NCBI GenBank assembly: GCA_017458675.1
Contig: JAFTAM010000182.1
Coordinates: forward strand, 1-63,962
Reading direction: 5' to 3'
From: a bacterium
GTDB lineage: Bacteria; Vulcanimicrobiota; Xenobia; Xenobiales; Xenobiaceae
DNA length: 63,962 nt
The translations under genes and the position numbers were made by a program. Positions 38,554 to 48,500 of the stretch are shown here, piece by piece. Numbering within the stretch: position 1 is the first letter of the stretch; each line of letters starts with the position of its first letter. Below the pieces are notes generated by a model that was not told where the DNA came from, ran no database searches, and worked only from the letters and a program-made list of their open reading frames with translations.

Positions 38554-39666
38554 ATGAATAAAAAATTTTTCGCCTCGGCCTTAATCTTGGCAGGCCTGCT
38601 CTGCGCCGCCGACCAGGCCCAGGCCAACGAAGTTAATCTCGGTCCGCAGAAGCTGAAAGCTTACGGCATCGACGTAAAAAAGGCCCATATTGACAGAATC
38701 AGTCATGACGGCAGCTTTATCATCATGCACCAGAAAAATACTCCCGAAAAGCTTAAAGATGGTCTGGGGCATGTATGCTTTGCCATTCATATCAACCCCT
38801 ACAACAATGAGGTGCAGTCGGTCCGCTCCTATGAGGTTCCCGCTTCCAGCTGGGAATACGTCATCGACACTAAGGACGAGAAGGATTTAATCATCGTCAC
38901 TAAGGGCGGCGCCACCTTTTTAAAGCTCAATTTTGAGAGCGGCGAAGTCAGCACTCTGCACGAGCATGTCGCCGGCGAATCCGGCTTCAGGGGCTTCCCC
39001 CCCATCATGCGCATGGTCGACGGAGAAATTTTTATCGGCGGCTACTTCCACAATGAAGAGGACCTCTCCGACGTTGACTGCACAGCCACTTTAGATCCCA
39101 CCAAGACGGGCGTCGACGCTTTCGACAGAGTCTGGGACTATCAGGGCATGGTCGTCAAATTAGACCCTCAGGCTTTAGCCTTCACAAAAACCGATATGGC
39201 TTTCTTTGCCAAAGATAATCTGGCCGGCGACGCCAAAATGTATTTATGGAATCCGCCGGAGATAGAGAAACCCATGGAGTTTGACAGCGGCAAGTCCGTA
39301 ATCTGCATGTGGGGCGCCAAAGATCGCGTTATTTACTCGATTCAGCGCAAAGACGGAACCTATGATCTTATGGTCTATGACGGAAAGGCCAAAGAGAAAT
39401 TCTTTGTAGACAAGGGCAGCAAAGATATGTACGCCAACGTCTTTATGTCTGCCGACGGCAATACCGTTCTCTTTACCGATACCGGCAACCGCATCAAGAG
39501 AGCCAGTTACTTCTACGCCGACGCCGACCACGGCTGGAAGCTCACTCCCGTCTACGATTTCCACGGCAAGACCCGCTTATTCGGCGAGATCCGTATTTCC
39601 GACGACGGAAGCAAGTTCATCATTAAAAATCCTCAGGGCTTAACCATAGCCGACGTAAAGGAATAG
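38554..39666 (+). CDS. Secreted probable beta-propeller protein (copy 2)
   Basis: Full-length paralogue of 35587-36702 (IIVTK.GATF, DVDC.ATLDPTK, FGEIRISDDG). Confidence 0.78.
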   Translation: MNKKFFASALILAGLLCAADQAQANEVNLGPQKLKAYGIDVKKAHIDRISHDGSFIIMHQKNTPEKLKDGLGHVCFAIHINPYNNEVQSVRSYEVPASSWEYVIDTKDEKDLIIVTKGGATFLKLNFESGEVSTLHEHVAGESGFRGFPPIMRMVDGEIFIGGYFHNEEDLSDVDCTATLDPTKTGVDAFDRVWDYQGMVVKLDPQALAFTKTDMAFFAKDNLAGDAKMYLWNPPEIEKPMEFDSGKSVICMWGAKDRVIYSIQRKDGTYDLMVYDGKAKEKFFVDKGSKDMYANVFMSADGNTVLFTDTGNRIKRASYFYADADHGWKLTPVYDFHGKTRLFGEIRISDDGSKFIIKNPQGLTIADVKE

Positions 39667-39686
39667 CCCCGCTTATTCCCTGAAAG

Positions 39687-39724
39687 CAAAACTGCCGCCT
39701 GCGAAAACAGACGGCAGTTTTTTT
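39687..39724. terminator. Bidirectional terminator
   Basis: aaaactgccgcctg-cgaaaa-cagacggcagtttttt. Confidence 0.8.
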
Positions 39725-39783
39725 ATATTCCCCAACAGCGGCGGATTTAAGATTTTCAGATCAGTTCAGGATTAGAGAAAATG

Positions 39784-40950
39784 CTATTTCTTTTCCTTCA
39801 GCGCCGGACAGAAGAAACTCACCAGACGGTCCCAAACGCTGACCAAAAGCGCAGTCAGAGCCAGGATATCCAAAACCGCCGCAGCATAGACCCTGTAGGT
39901 GCAGATCATAATTTCCGAATATATAAAGACTATACCGAAACAGATTAAGGCCACGCCGTACCAGCGCATGAACGTGACGTCCTCCTTGAAGCCGAACTTG
40001 CCTATCAGCAGCACCAGCACATAGCCGAAACTCAGAAGGGGATACAAAAACGAGAGCGGCATCTTGGTCAGCAGCACCAGCCACAAAACCGTCGAGAGCA
40101 GATAGACGGCAAACCCCGCCAGAATTAAGGGACTGAAGCAGAGAGCCGCCGATTTGCAGAAGATAGCCTTGAAGGCCTTGGCAAATTCCTGTTTCAAATT
40201 CTTAACGCCCTCGGCAATAACCGACACCCGCTCCTTGTTGAAGTCTTTGTTCATGCCCGCCTTAAAGAGGATTTGCCCCACAATGCCCATGGGGATCGTC
40301 ACCACCAGCAGCAGCACGGGGATCGGCGTATCCGACTGCCAGGCCAGATCGGCCTTGGCCCAGGTGATGACGCACAGAGCGGCGGCGAAGAGCAAAAGAG
40401 CCATCAGCGAGCCCCAACGCACAAAAAACTTTTCCGCATAGACCGCCACAATGCCCATACTTATTAAAATAACGCCGAACCAGCGCAGCCAGGTGACCTC
40501 CTCCCCGAAGCAAAGCCAGCCCATGAGCAGTATGACCACATAGCCCAAACTTATCAGAGGATAGGCGAAACTCAAATCGACCTTGCTCAAAACCGAAAGC
40601 CAGCATATCGCCGAAAGCGCGTAAGCGACCAGTCCCGCAAAGACAATGGGGCGGAACATCAGGGCCAGACCGTAACCGCACATATAGAGAGCCGACATAA
40701 AAGAGCCGTGCAGCAGATCGCTGAAATTCTGCGCCATACTGCCGACATACCCGCTTGAAACCGGATCGTCCATGCCCAGTTTAAAAAGGTACTGACCGGC
40801 CAGACTCAATATCAGAAACAGCACAATCTGACCGGTGGGCTTTTTAGCCTCAGCCGATTTATTTTCTGCGCCGTTCTGTGCAGGATTTTCAATTTCATCC
40901 GGCTTTGATTTTAGTTTTTGTAAACTGTTTTCAGGTTCTGAAGTCTCCAT
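39784..40950 (-). CDS. DMT/EamA-superfamily transporter with two fused ArnE/ArnF-like units
   Basis: Twice-repeated GQ.LFK.GM ... W..L...LSF.YPL.S.GYV...EE/DVT..RW.GV.LI. Confidence 0.8.
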   Translation of the reverse strand: METSEPENSLQKLKSKPDEIENPAQNGAENKSAEAKKPTGQIVLFLILSLAGQYLFKLGMDDPVSSGYVGSMAQNFSDLLHGSFMSALYMCGYGLALMFRPIVFAGLVAYALSAICWLSVLSKVDLSFAYPLISLGYVVILLMGWLCFGEEVTWLRWFGVILISMGIVAVYAEKFFVRWGSLMALLLFAAALCVITWAKADLAWQSDTPIPVLLLVVTIPMGIVGQILFKAGMNKDFNKERVSVIAEGVKNLKQEFAKAFKAIFCKSAALCFSPLILAGFAVYLLSTVLWLVLLTKMPLSFLYPLLSFGYVLVLLIGKFGFKEDVTFMRWYGVALICFGIVFIYSEIMICTYRVYAAAVLDILALTALLVSVWDRLVSFFCPALKEKK

Positions 40951-40978
40951 AAAGACGCTCTCTTTCTGCAGAACAAGA

Positions 40979-43900
40979 TTACCGATTGTCTGCAGCTTTT
41001 TTCAAAATAGTTCCCCGACAGCAGCGTCCGTTCAAGCGCATGTGCAGAGGCGAAGACAGGCGCAGATGCAGCACCCCCTCTTCACGGCTGAGGCACTCCT
41101 GCTCCTGCAGCCAGAGCAAATCTATAAAATCTCTGTTGATATGCTCTATGCAGCGCAGGCTCTGCTCCTCCCGGCAAACCGTATTGAGACGGCTTTGAGT
41201 GATATTGTCGCAAAGCTCGTCGTTCAGGAAGGAGACGGTCATATAGCCTATGCGCATAGAGGCCAGCTCATGGAAAAAGTGCGAACCCATCGAAGGCTCG
41301 ACAAAACGGCTGCCGTAAGGGAGTTCAATAATGACCTTGGCCCCCAAAATCTGCCCAGTCTGCACGGGAATGCCCAGAGAGGGATCGGAAGAGCCCCAGC
41401 GTCCAGGGCCGATCAGCACATATGGGCGATTCTCCTTCAGCAGCGCCTCGTTGAGACGGCCTATGCGGGCGGCGGTCAGACGTCCCTTTTTAGGATCAGG
41501 GTCCCGATCCGCCACATAAATTATATCATACAGGTCATCGGCGCAGCCGTGTCCCAAAGAGTTGCAGGTACAAAAAATATCTTCCTCGGCATAACCGCAG
41601 GTCTGGACGCTTTCCCCTAAGGAGATATCCAGAAGAGGACGGATTTGCAGAAGATACAGAACCGCTTCGCCCCCGGGCGGATTTTCCACGGCAAACTCCA
41701 GCTCCACCGGACAGCCTATAGCCAGCTTAAAGCGTTCCAGAAGCTTGTCCAGAACCTTAGCCAGCGGCAGAGCCTCCCAGGCCAGAATATTGCTGAAGGT
41801 GACGGCCCGAGGTCCTTCATACATCAGAGAATCGCGCCAGGCGCCGCTTTTGGTGCAGAACACGGAAGCCGCCTGGGCCAGAGTTCCGTCTTCCTCGGCC
41901 TGAGACAGAGGCAGCGAGACAATGGCGTCGGGGCTGTCCGCGCCTTTGCTTTCCAAATCCAGCGCATAAAACTTTTTCTGAGAATACTTTAAATATTTTC
42001 CCTGATAGTATTCATGAGGCAGAAGCTTAGGCCATTTCGGGCTGAAGCGGACGCAGTTTTCGCCGCCGGCGACCGTCTTTCCGAACCCCAGCGCCATTGC
42101 GGCCACTCCGTCTTCGGGCTTCTGCGGCGCCATCGGATAGTAGTTGGACGACATGGCCACTCCCGCAAAATCGGGATAGAAATACCGGCCATGCTGACGG
42201 CCGACCAATTCCTGAACGATCACGGCCATTTTTTCTTCCTCGCCGGGATAGCGGGCATTTTCCAGATAAGCCCTGGCCTTGGAAGCGACCGCCGACATAT
42301 ATACGCGCTTGACGGCGCTGCAGATTAGCTTAAAGCGCTCTTCGCTTTCGCTGCTGCTGTCGGGAACCATACAGGTTGCGTAAATGCCGGCGCAGGACTG
42401 ATTCTGAGAATCTTCCAGAAGGCTGGAGGAGCGCACCGCCAAAGGCCCGTGCAGCAGCTTCAGAGCCGCCTTAAGCTCGGCGCTCACCGCATCGGGAAGC
42501 CGGGCCGACGCATAGAGTTTCTGCAGCTCCTCGTCGGAAAGATTTTTCTGCAGGCCTTTGACAAAGCCGTTAAACTCCATGAAGCTGTCATAAATATCCG
42601 TGCCCAAAACCACGGTTTTGGGGATATCGACCTTCAGGCCAGCAAACTGTCCGATAAATTTATCGTTGGCCAGCCGGGAATTGATAAAAGCTATGCCGCG
42701 TCCCTTGCCGCCTACCGAACCTCCGCCGATCTTGAAGAAATTATGCAGAGAATGACTGTCCGCCTTAGGAGTAAAATCGGCGATCCTGCCGTTCTGCTCC
42801 AGCAAGGCGTGTTTGTTTAAAACCTCAATTATATAATCGCGGAGCTTCTCGGGAGAGGGAAAGTCCTCAGCCCTGATCTGTTCAACCTCATCGGCCAGAT
42901 CAAAATAATTGCGGGCCCTGAGCCAGACGTTAAAATGGTTGTTGGAGGCATGATAATAAACCGATTGGAGGTCGACGGTGCGCAGTAAATTTTCCAAATC
43001 GTAGGTATCGTGGGCGCGAGCCACTTCCCGACGATCCGGCATACGGAAGACGAAATCGCCGAAGCCCAGGCTCTCCTCCAGAAAAAGATGCAGCGCCTGT
43101 CTGAGCTTGTCGGGATGCTTAAATGCAAAGTGCCAGCCCTTAGCCTCGCTGCGCTGACGGTTGGCCGCATCCGAAGACTGCAGCAGAACCGGCAGACGCT
43201 GCTTGCGGGCCGAGCAGTATTCGGCCAGCTTAAAGCCGGCCTCTTCATCCTTTTGTCCCTCTCTGACAAAGCTTACGTCGCTTATTAAAGCTAAAACGTA
43301 GCGGGAATGCCGGTCGAACAGTCTTTGAGCTTCTTCATAGTTCTCGGCCAGAAGAATTTTGGGACGGGCCAGCATTCTCAGCATGCGCTGAGCAAAGTTA
43401 ACGCCCTCGCCGGAAAGCAGGCGGCTCTGCTCCATAAGCTCATCGTAAAGGTGGGTCAGCAGTATGGAATAGTCGCCTATTCTATCCTCTACTGCGATGA
43501 TAACCTGAACGCCGGTATGGGCGGTATCGCTGTCTACGTTTAAGATATCTTCAACATAATTGAAAATTGCCGTAGTCAGCCGAAAATCACCGGTCCACAG
43601 AAAGACGCCCGCAACCTTGTTTAAGCCTTCGGAGATATTGCTGCGGCGCAGCAGCATTTCATCCAAAATCAGCAGAACGATAGGCAGAGAAGGAAAGGCC
43701 CTGCGCACTTTGTCGACAGAGCCGATAATATTGTTTTCACCCTCGCGCAGCACCTCGACCACAAGATCGACGCGCCTGCTCTGCATAAATTCTATGGCCT
43801 GCTCCGCCGAGGTCACATGAGAGATGCGCGGCGCTCCCACCATATAAAATTCCGTATATTTAAAAAAGAGCAGTTCAGCCAGCTGCCCCTCGGCCTCCAG

Positions 43901-43987
43901 CACAAAAAAATCGTATTCGGAGGCCAGAAGCAGAACCTCGCGCACCCGATAGGGCGCCAGCTCATGAAACTTGCGGATCGAACGCAT
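40979..43987 (-). CDS. Receiver-like plus PEP/pyruvate-binding (PPDK_N-like) domain protein
   Basis: VREVLLLAS.YD.F.LE.EG N-terminus; IGGGSVGGKGRG, AVRSSSLLED, EEKMAVIVQE and LIGPGRWGSSDP motifs; family I recall next to gdhA. Confidence 0.88.
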   Translation of the reverse strand: MRSIRKFHELAPYRVREVLLLASEYDFFVLEAEGQLAELLFFKYTEFYMVGAPRISHVTSAEQAIEFMQSRRVDLVVEVLREGENNIIGSVDKVRRAFPSLPIVLLILDEMLLRRSNISEGLNKVAGVFLWTGDFRLTTAIFNYVEDILNVDSDTAHTGVQVIIAVEDRIGDYSILLTHLYDELMEQSRLLSGEGVNFAQRMLRMLARPKILLAENYEEAQRLFDRHSRYVLALISDVSFVREGQKDEEAGFKLAEYCSARKQRLPVLLQSSDAANRQRSEAKGWHFAFKHPDKLRQALHLFLEESLGFGDFVFRMPDRREVARAHDTYDLENLLRTVDLQSVYYHASNNHFNVWLRARNYFDLADEVEQIRAEDFPSPEKLRDYIIEVLNKHALLEQNGRIADFTPKADSHSLHNFFKIGGGSVGGKGRGIAFINSRLANDKFIGQFAGLKVDIPKTVVLGTDIYDSFMEFNGFVKGLQKNLSDEELQKLYASARLPDAVSAELKAALKLLHGPLAVRSSSLLEDSQNQSCAGIYATCMVPDSSSESEERFKLICSAVKRVYMSAVASKARAYLENARYPGEEEKMAVIVQELVGRQHGRYFYPDFAGVAMSSNYYPMAPQKPEDGVAAMALGFGKTVAGGENCVRFSPKWPKLLPHEYYQGKYLKYSQKKFYALDLESKGADSPDAIVSLPLSQAEEDGTLAQAASVFCTKSGAWRDSLMYEGPRAVTFSNILAWEALPLAKVLDKLLERFKLAIGCPVELEFAVENPPGGEAVLYLLQIRPLLDISLGESVQTCGYAEEDIFCTCNSLGHGCADDLYDIIYVADRDPDPKKGRLTAARIGRLNEALLKENRPYVLIGPGRWGSSDPSLGIPVQTGQILGAKVIIELPYGSRFVEPSMGSHFFHELASMRIGYMTVSFLNDELCDNITQSRLNTVCREEQSLRCIEHINRDFIDLLWLQEQECLSREEGVLHLRLSSPLHMRLNGRCCRGTILKKAADNR

Positions 43988-44029
43988 ATTTATTTTCTTT
44001 CTGAATTCGTTTAAAGACGCGGCGGCCGC

Positions 44030-45382
44030 TTAAACAATGCCCTGGTCGACCATGGCGTCGGCTACTCTGACAAAGCCGGCTACGTTGGCCCCGCGCACAT
44101 AGTTGACAAACCCCTCGTCGCTGCGTCCGTAGCGCACGCAGGCCCCGTGAATCGAACGCATAACCTGACTGAGGCGCTCGTCTATTTCATCCAGCGACCA
44201 ATTCTCGTGGGAAGCGTTCTGAGCCATTTCCAAACCGGAAGCAACCACGCCGCCGGCGTTGACGGCCTTGCTGGGGCCGAAGAGAACTTTGCTGCGCAGA
44301 AACTCGCTTACGGCGTCGGGCATGCAAGACATATCGGAAGCCTCGGCCACAGCGGTTACGCCGTTTTTGATCAGCTCTTTGGCGTCCTCCAGGAAGATCT
44401 CATTCTGAGTGGCCGCCGGAACGGCTACGTCGCAGGGTATACTCCAGGGATTGGCCCCGTCTAAATACTCCGCCCCGTCAAATTCGTCTATATATTCGTA
44501 AATGCGGCCCCGGCGCAGATTCTTAAGCTCCATAATCCAGTCCAGCTTATCCTCGTCTATGCCGTCGGGATCGTAAATCGTGCCGTCGGAATCCGACATG
44601 GTCAGCACCTTAGCCCCCATGGCGATAGCCTTTTTGGCCGTAAACTGCGCCATATTGCCGGAGCCGGAAATAACGACCCTTTTGCCTTCCAGGCTCTCAT
44701 GGCGGCGGCTCAGCATATTCTCAATAAAGTAAACTACTCCGAATCCGGCCGCTTCGGGACGGAGCATCGAACCGCCCCACTCCATGCCTTTATTGGTGAC
44801 CGCTCCGGAGAACTGCCCGGTCAGCTTTTTGTACATGCCGAACAGATAGCCGACCTCTCTGCCCCCTACTCCCAGACCGCTGGAAATTACGTCGTGAGTC
44901 GGTCCGATATGTCGGTAAAGCTCCGTCATAAAGGACTGGCAGAAACGCATGACCTCCATATCGGATTTGCCCTTGGGATCGAAATCGGAGCCGCCCTTGG
45001 CCCCGCCCAGAGGCAGGCTGGTCAGCGAATTGCGGAAGACCTGCTCAAAAGCCAGAAACTTAATTATGCTCAGATTGACGCTGGGATGAAACCTGATGCC
45101 TCCCTGCAGAGGCCCTATGGCGCTGCTCATCTGCACGCGATAGCCCCTGTTGACCTGCACGTTGCCCAAATCGTCAACCCAGGGGACCCTGAAAATGATC
45201 GAACGCTCCGGCTCCACCAGACGCTCCAGAACTTTCATGCGCCTATAAACAGGATTAGCCTCTACCACCGGGATGACCGAAGAAAAAACCTCGCGCACAG
45301 CCTGTAAGAATTCGGGCTCGCCGGGGTTCCTCACCGTTACCTGACTCATAATAAAATCCAGAGCATTGGCTTTGATACTCAT
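44030..45382 (-). CDS. gdhA: NADP-type glutamate dehydrogenase homologue with a degenerate active site
   Basis: Full-length GDH fold (EPEFLQAV, FRVPWVDD, GGAKGGSDFDPKG, SGSGN, GANVAGF), but GPYK>GPLQ, FKN>FRN and PAGD>ISSG. Confidence 0.85.
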   Translation of the reverse strand: MSIKANALDFIMSQVTVRNPGEPEFLQAVREVFSSVIPVVEANPVYRRMKVLERLVEPERSIIFRVPWVDDLGNVQVNRGYRVQMSSAIGPLQGGIRFHPSVNLSIIKFLAFEQVFRNSLTSLPLGGAKGGSDFDPKGKSDMEVMRFCQSFMTELYRHIGPTHDVISSGLGVGGREVGYLFGMYKKLTGQFSGAVTNKGMEWGGSMLRPEAAGFGVVYFIENMLSRRHESLEGKRVVISGSGNMAQFTAKKAIAMGAKVLTMSDSDGTIYDPDGIDEDKLDWIMELKNLRRGRIYEYIDEFDGAEYLDGANPWSIPCDVAVPAATQNEIFLEDAKELIKNGVTAVAEASDMSCMPDAVSEFLRSKVLFGPSKAVNAGGVVASGLEMAQNASHENWSLDEIDERLSQVMRSIHGACVRYGRSDEGFVNYVRGANVAGFVRVADAMVDQGIV

Positions 45383-45485
45383 AAATACTGCAGGGCCCTC
45401 GCAAGTCAAAAAGATTCGTAATTTTCAAACTTCTTCGCAATATATGAGCGTTCCTATACAATTACTGCCGCTGCGCCGCAAGCAT

Positions 45486-45520
45486 AAAAAAAGTCCGCCT
45501 TTGAGCAAAGCGGACTTTTT
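45486..45520. terminator. Terminator after the Zn-finger lipoprotein gene
   Basis: aaaaaaagtccgc-ctttgagcaaa-gcggacttttt. Confidence 0.8.
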
Positions 45521-45564
45521 GGCATTTTGCCGGTCTTATCGGCGGGAAGCCGACCGTATCAGAA

Positions 45565-48500
45565 TTAGTCGACGGCCTTTAAAACATTGCGCGTACCTTT
45601 GCCGGAGCAGGTCTGGCATTTTTTAGTCGCCGCGCAGGTCGGACAGTTCATCTTGCCGGTGTCGCTGCAGGAGAAGCACTTGGAGGCTCCGGCCATTTTA
45701 AACGCCGAGCAGGCGACTTTGCCGCTGCCCTTGCAGGTTTTGCATTTGCCGCCGCCCTTTACATAGCAGGCCGAACAGGTCTGAGAGACCCACTTATTGC
45801 CCTTCTTGCCCATCTGGCTGCTGCAGCTGAGGCTGTAGGAGCGCTTCTTGGGAGTGAGAGCGAAAGACTTAATGCTCTTTTTGCTTCCGGCGGTTATCGT
45901 ACCGACTGTCAGCGTATCGGCGGAGGTCTTCGGAGTGAAGACGATCTTGCCGTCGGCATATTTGCTCTTGGACGTATAGGAACCGGAGGCTGTGCTCCAT
46001 TTCATGGAGGCGGCGGATACGGAAGAGGGAACGTTGGTCAGAGTTACGGTGTAGGCGACGCTGCAGGCCTTGAAGCCGGAGCCCATGCCCAGAGTTCGGG
46101 TATTGCGGCCCTCGTTGGGATTGGAGGCGTTCTTGTTCTGCCCGTACTTCATCGTGAAAGAGCTTGCATAGTACCTGTTGCCGACGGTAATCTTATTCAC
46201 CTTTATCGAAGCGGCCGTAGTTTTGACGGTATCAAAGTGCATGACGTAGCGCTTGGCGACGGGGTCGTATCTGACCGAGCCGTTGGCCGTATAGCTCTTG
46301 CCGCTGGGCAGAGTGTAGGTCATCGTGCCCTTGCGTCCGACGATGTTGGCGGTCCCGTTGGTTACATTGACCGCATAGCGCGTGTTCTGAGCCGACAAGC
46401 CGCTGTAAAGCAGGCCGTAAGTCTTGCCCATGGCGATAGAGCGATCCTTGACGCTGACAGAGTTATCCAGAGTTACGGACTTTATGACGGCGGTATCGTA
46501 ATCTATGCCGTTGAGCGCAGAGGGCGTAAAGGAGAAAGTATAGGTCTTATCGGCGGAGCTGTAGGTTCCGGCGGTCTTTTTGTAAGTTGATGAAGAATAA
46601 GCGCCGGTTTTGCTGTTGTAAAGCTTGTAAGTGACAACAATATAATTGGCCGCCGACTTGACGTTCTTTACCACCAGCTTGGCGTAAGGCATATTGGCGT
46701 ATTTAATTGTATTGGAGGATTTTACGCAGTTAAGGGCTATGCTGTTCGAATAAACTCTGCTGTTTACAATAATTTTTGTTACGGTTACATCGTCATTGGC
46801 ATTAAATTTAAAATTAACAGTCTGTGAAGAACTGTTATATGTGCCGCTTGCAGTATACTCAGTGGTATTGCCATACTTTTTATAATAAAGTCTGCACGAA
46901 GCGGGCTTAGAAGAAACGCCGCTGACGCTTTGACAGTAACTTATAGACTCGCGATCCATATTGCTGTAGCCGCTGAACAAATCCATACGGGAATTCATCT
47001 CCGGATTAAAATTGGTCAGCTTCTCGGAGCAGCTCATATAGCGGTTGTTGACCTGAACCTCTCTCAACACAATAATATCGGCGGCAGAGCTAATTCTTGC
47101 CTCCGCGTTTTCCGAAGACAAAATATTGTAATCTGAAGCGCTGCCGGCGAATAAAGCCTCGCGAATCTCCGAGGAATTGCCGGCGGTGTATCTGAGCTTC
47201 AGAGACGAACCGGCAGGCTTGGTAAATTTAAAAATATAGTCAATGGGTTCGCCGAGTACAAAATCATAGTAAGACAGCACCTCGATATGAGCGCTGCCGT
47301 TAAGCTCGATTCTCTTGGCGGTCTCATAGGAAGCGGCGCCGACCTCAATTTTGTTGAGAGTTATATAAGAAGCGTTCGTTAAAATTTTTCCGAAGGTCAG
47401 CATATTGTCATCATAAGAAGCAATACTGACGGTTTTAACCTCAGAGGCGCCGTCCTCGGTGTAGGAGAGGCTGAACTCAGTCGGCTCGCAGGCCAGATCG
47501 GTTATGCGGAAATAGACGTATTTGCCGTATAAGGTTTCAGCCCCGGCCTCGCCGTCGTAGATTAGCCTGAAGCTTTTCAAGCTTTCAGCCTCGCCGCCTA
47601 CCGGCTCGGCCCCGCTCTCCTGCCTCTGGGCGATTTCAACGGTACAGCCGCCTTTTTCCGCGTCAATCTGCAGCGGGAAGAAAAGGAAGGCCCCGTCCTC
47701 GCTTCCGGAGTTCTCGCTAAGGCTGAGACTTTCAAGCTTTATAGGGAAAAGCTCGCTGTCGATATCGAAATATATGCGCAGAGCGTTGTTTTCATCCAGG
47801 ACAGCCTCGCTGCTGCGGACGCTGCCGTGCGCTCTTCCGTCATAGCTGAGCGGAACAGCCACGCCTGCCTCGGAAGAAGGAGCGGAAGCGGCGCTTTCGC
47901 CCTGAGCGGCCAAAGTCTGCGCCTCGGCTTCCTCTTCGGGAACGGCCTCGGCCTCCAAAGCGGCGGCTTCTGCAGCCTCGCCGTCCTCGGCTCCGCCTTC
48001 TTCAGTCTCTAAAGCGGCTTCCGGTTCGGCCTCAGCCGTCTCATCCTCCAACTCGGCAGCTTCCGAATCAAGCTCCGCATCATCCGTGCAGGGCTCGGAG
48101 ACATGCTCATGATCGCAGTCCCCGCAGTCTTCGCCGATTTCCTCAGCTCCGCCGGCAGCTGCGCTGTCTTCGCCGCCTTCAGAGTCGTCTTCACCGTCAA
48201 GAGGCTCCTCCTCATAATCAAAAGCAGCTTTGTCCGCGGCTTCCTGCTGCAGAAGCTCCGCTTTTTCCTCATCGGTATACAGAGGGATGGGAACCTCGGC
48301 CGAAACTTTGCCGTTTGCCGAAGCATCGACGCTCAGTTCGCAGATATTTAAAACCGCCTGCAGATTCTCGGGAGCGATTTCCCCTCCGTAATCGGGCAAT
48401 AATAAACATAGGCGCTGAGCGCTTGCCAAATCGGCCTTTACCGCGGCGGCCTCGCCCTTGCCTAAATCATATCTGCTGTCGGAGCAGGCCGAAAGCAAAG

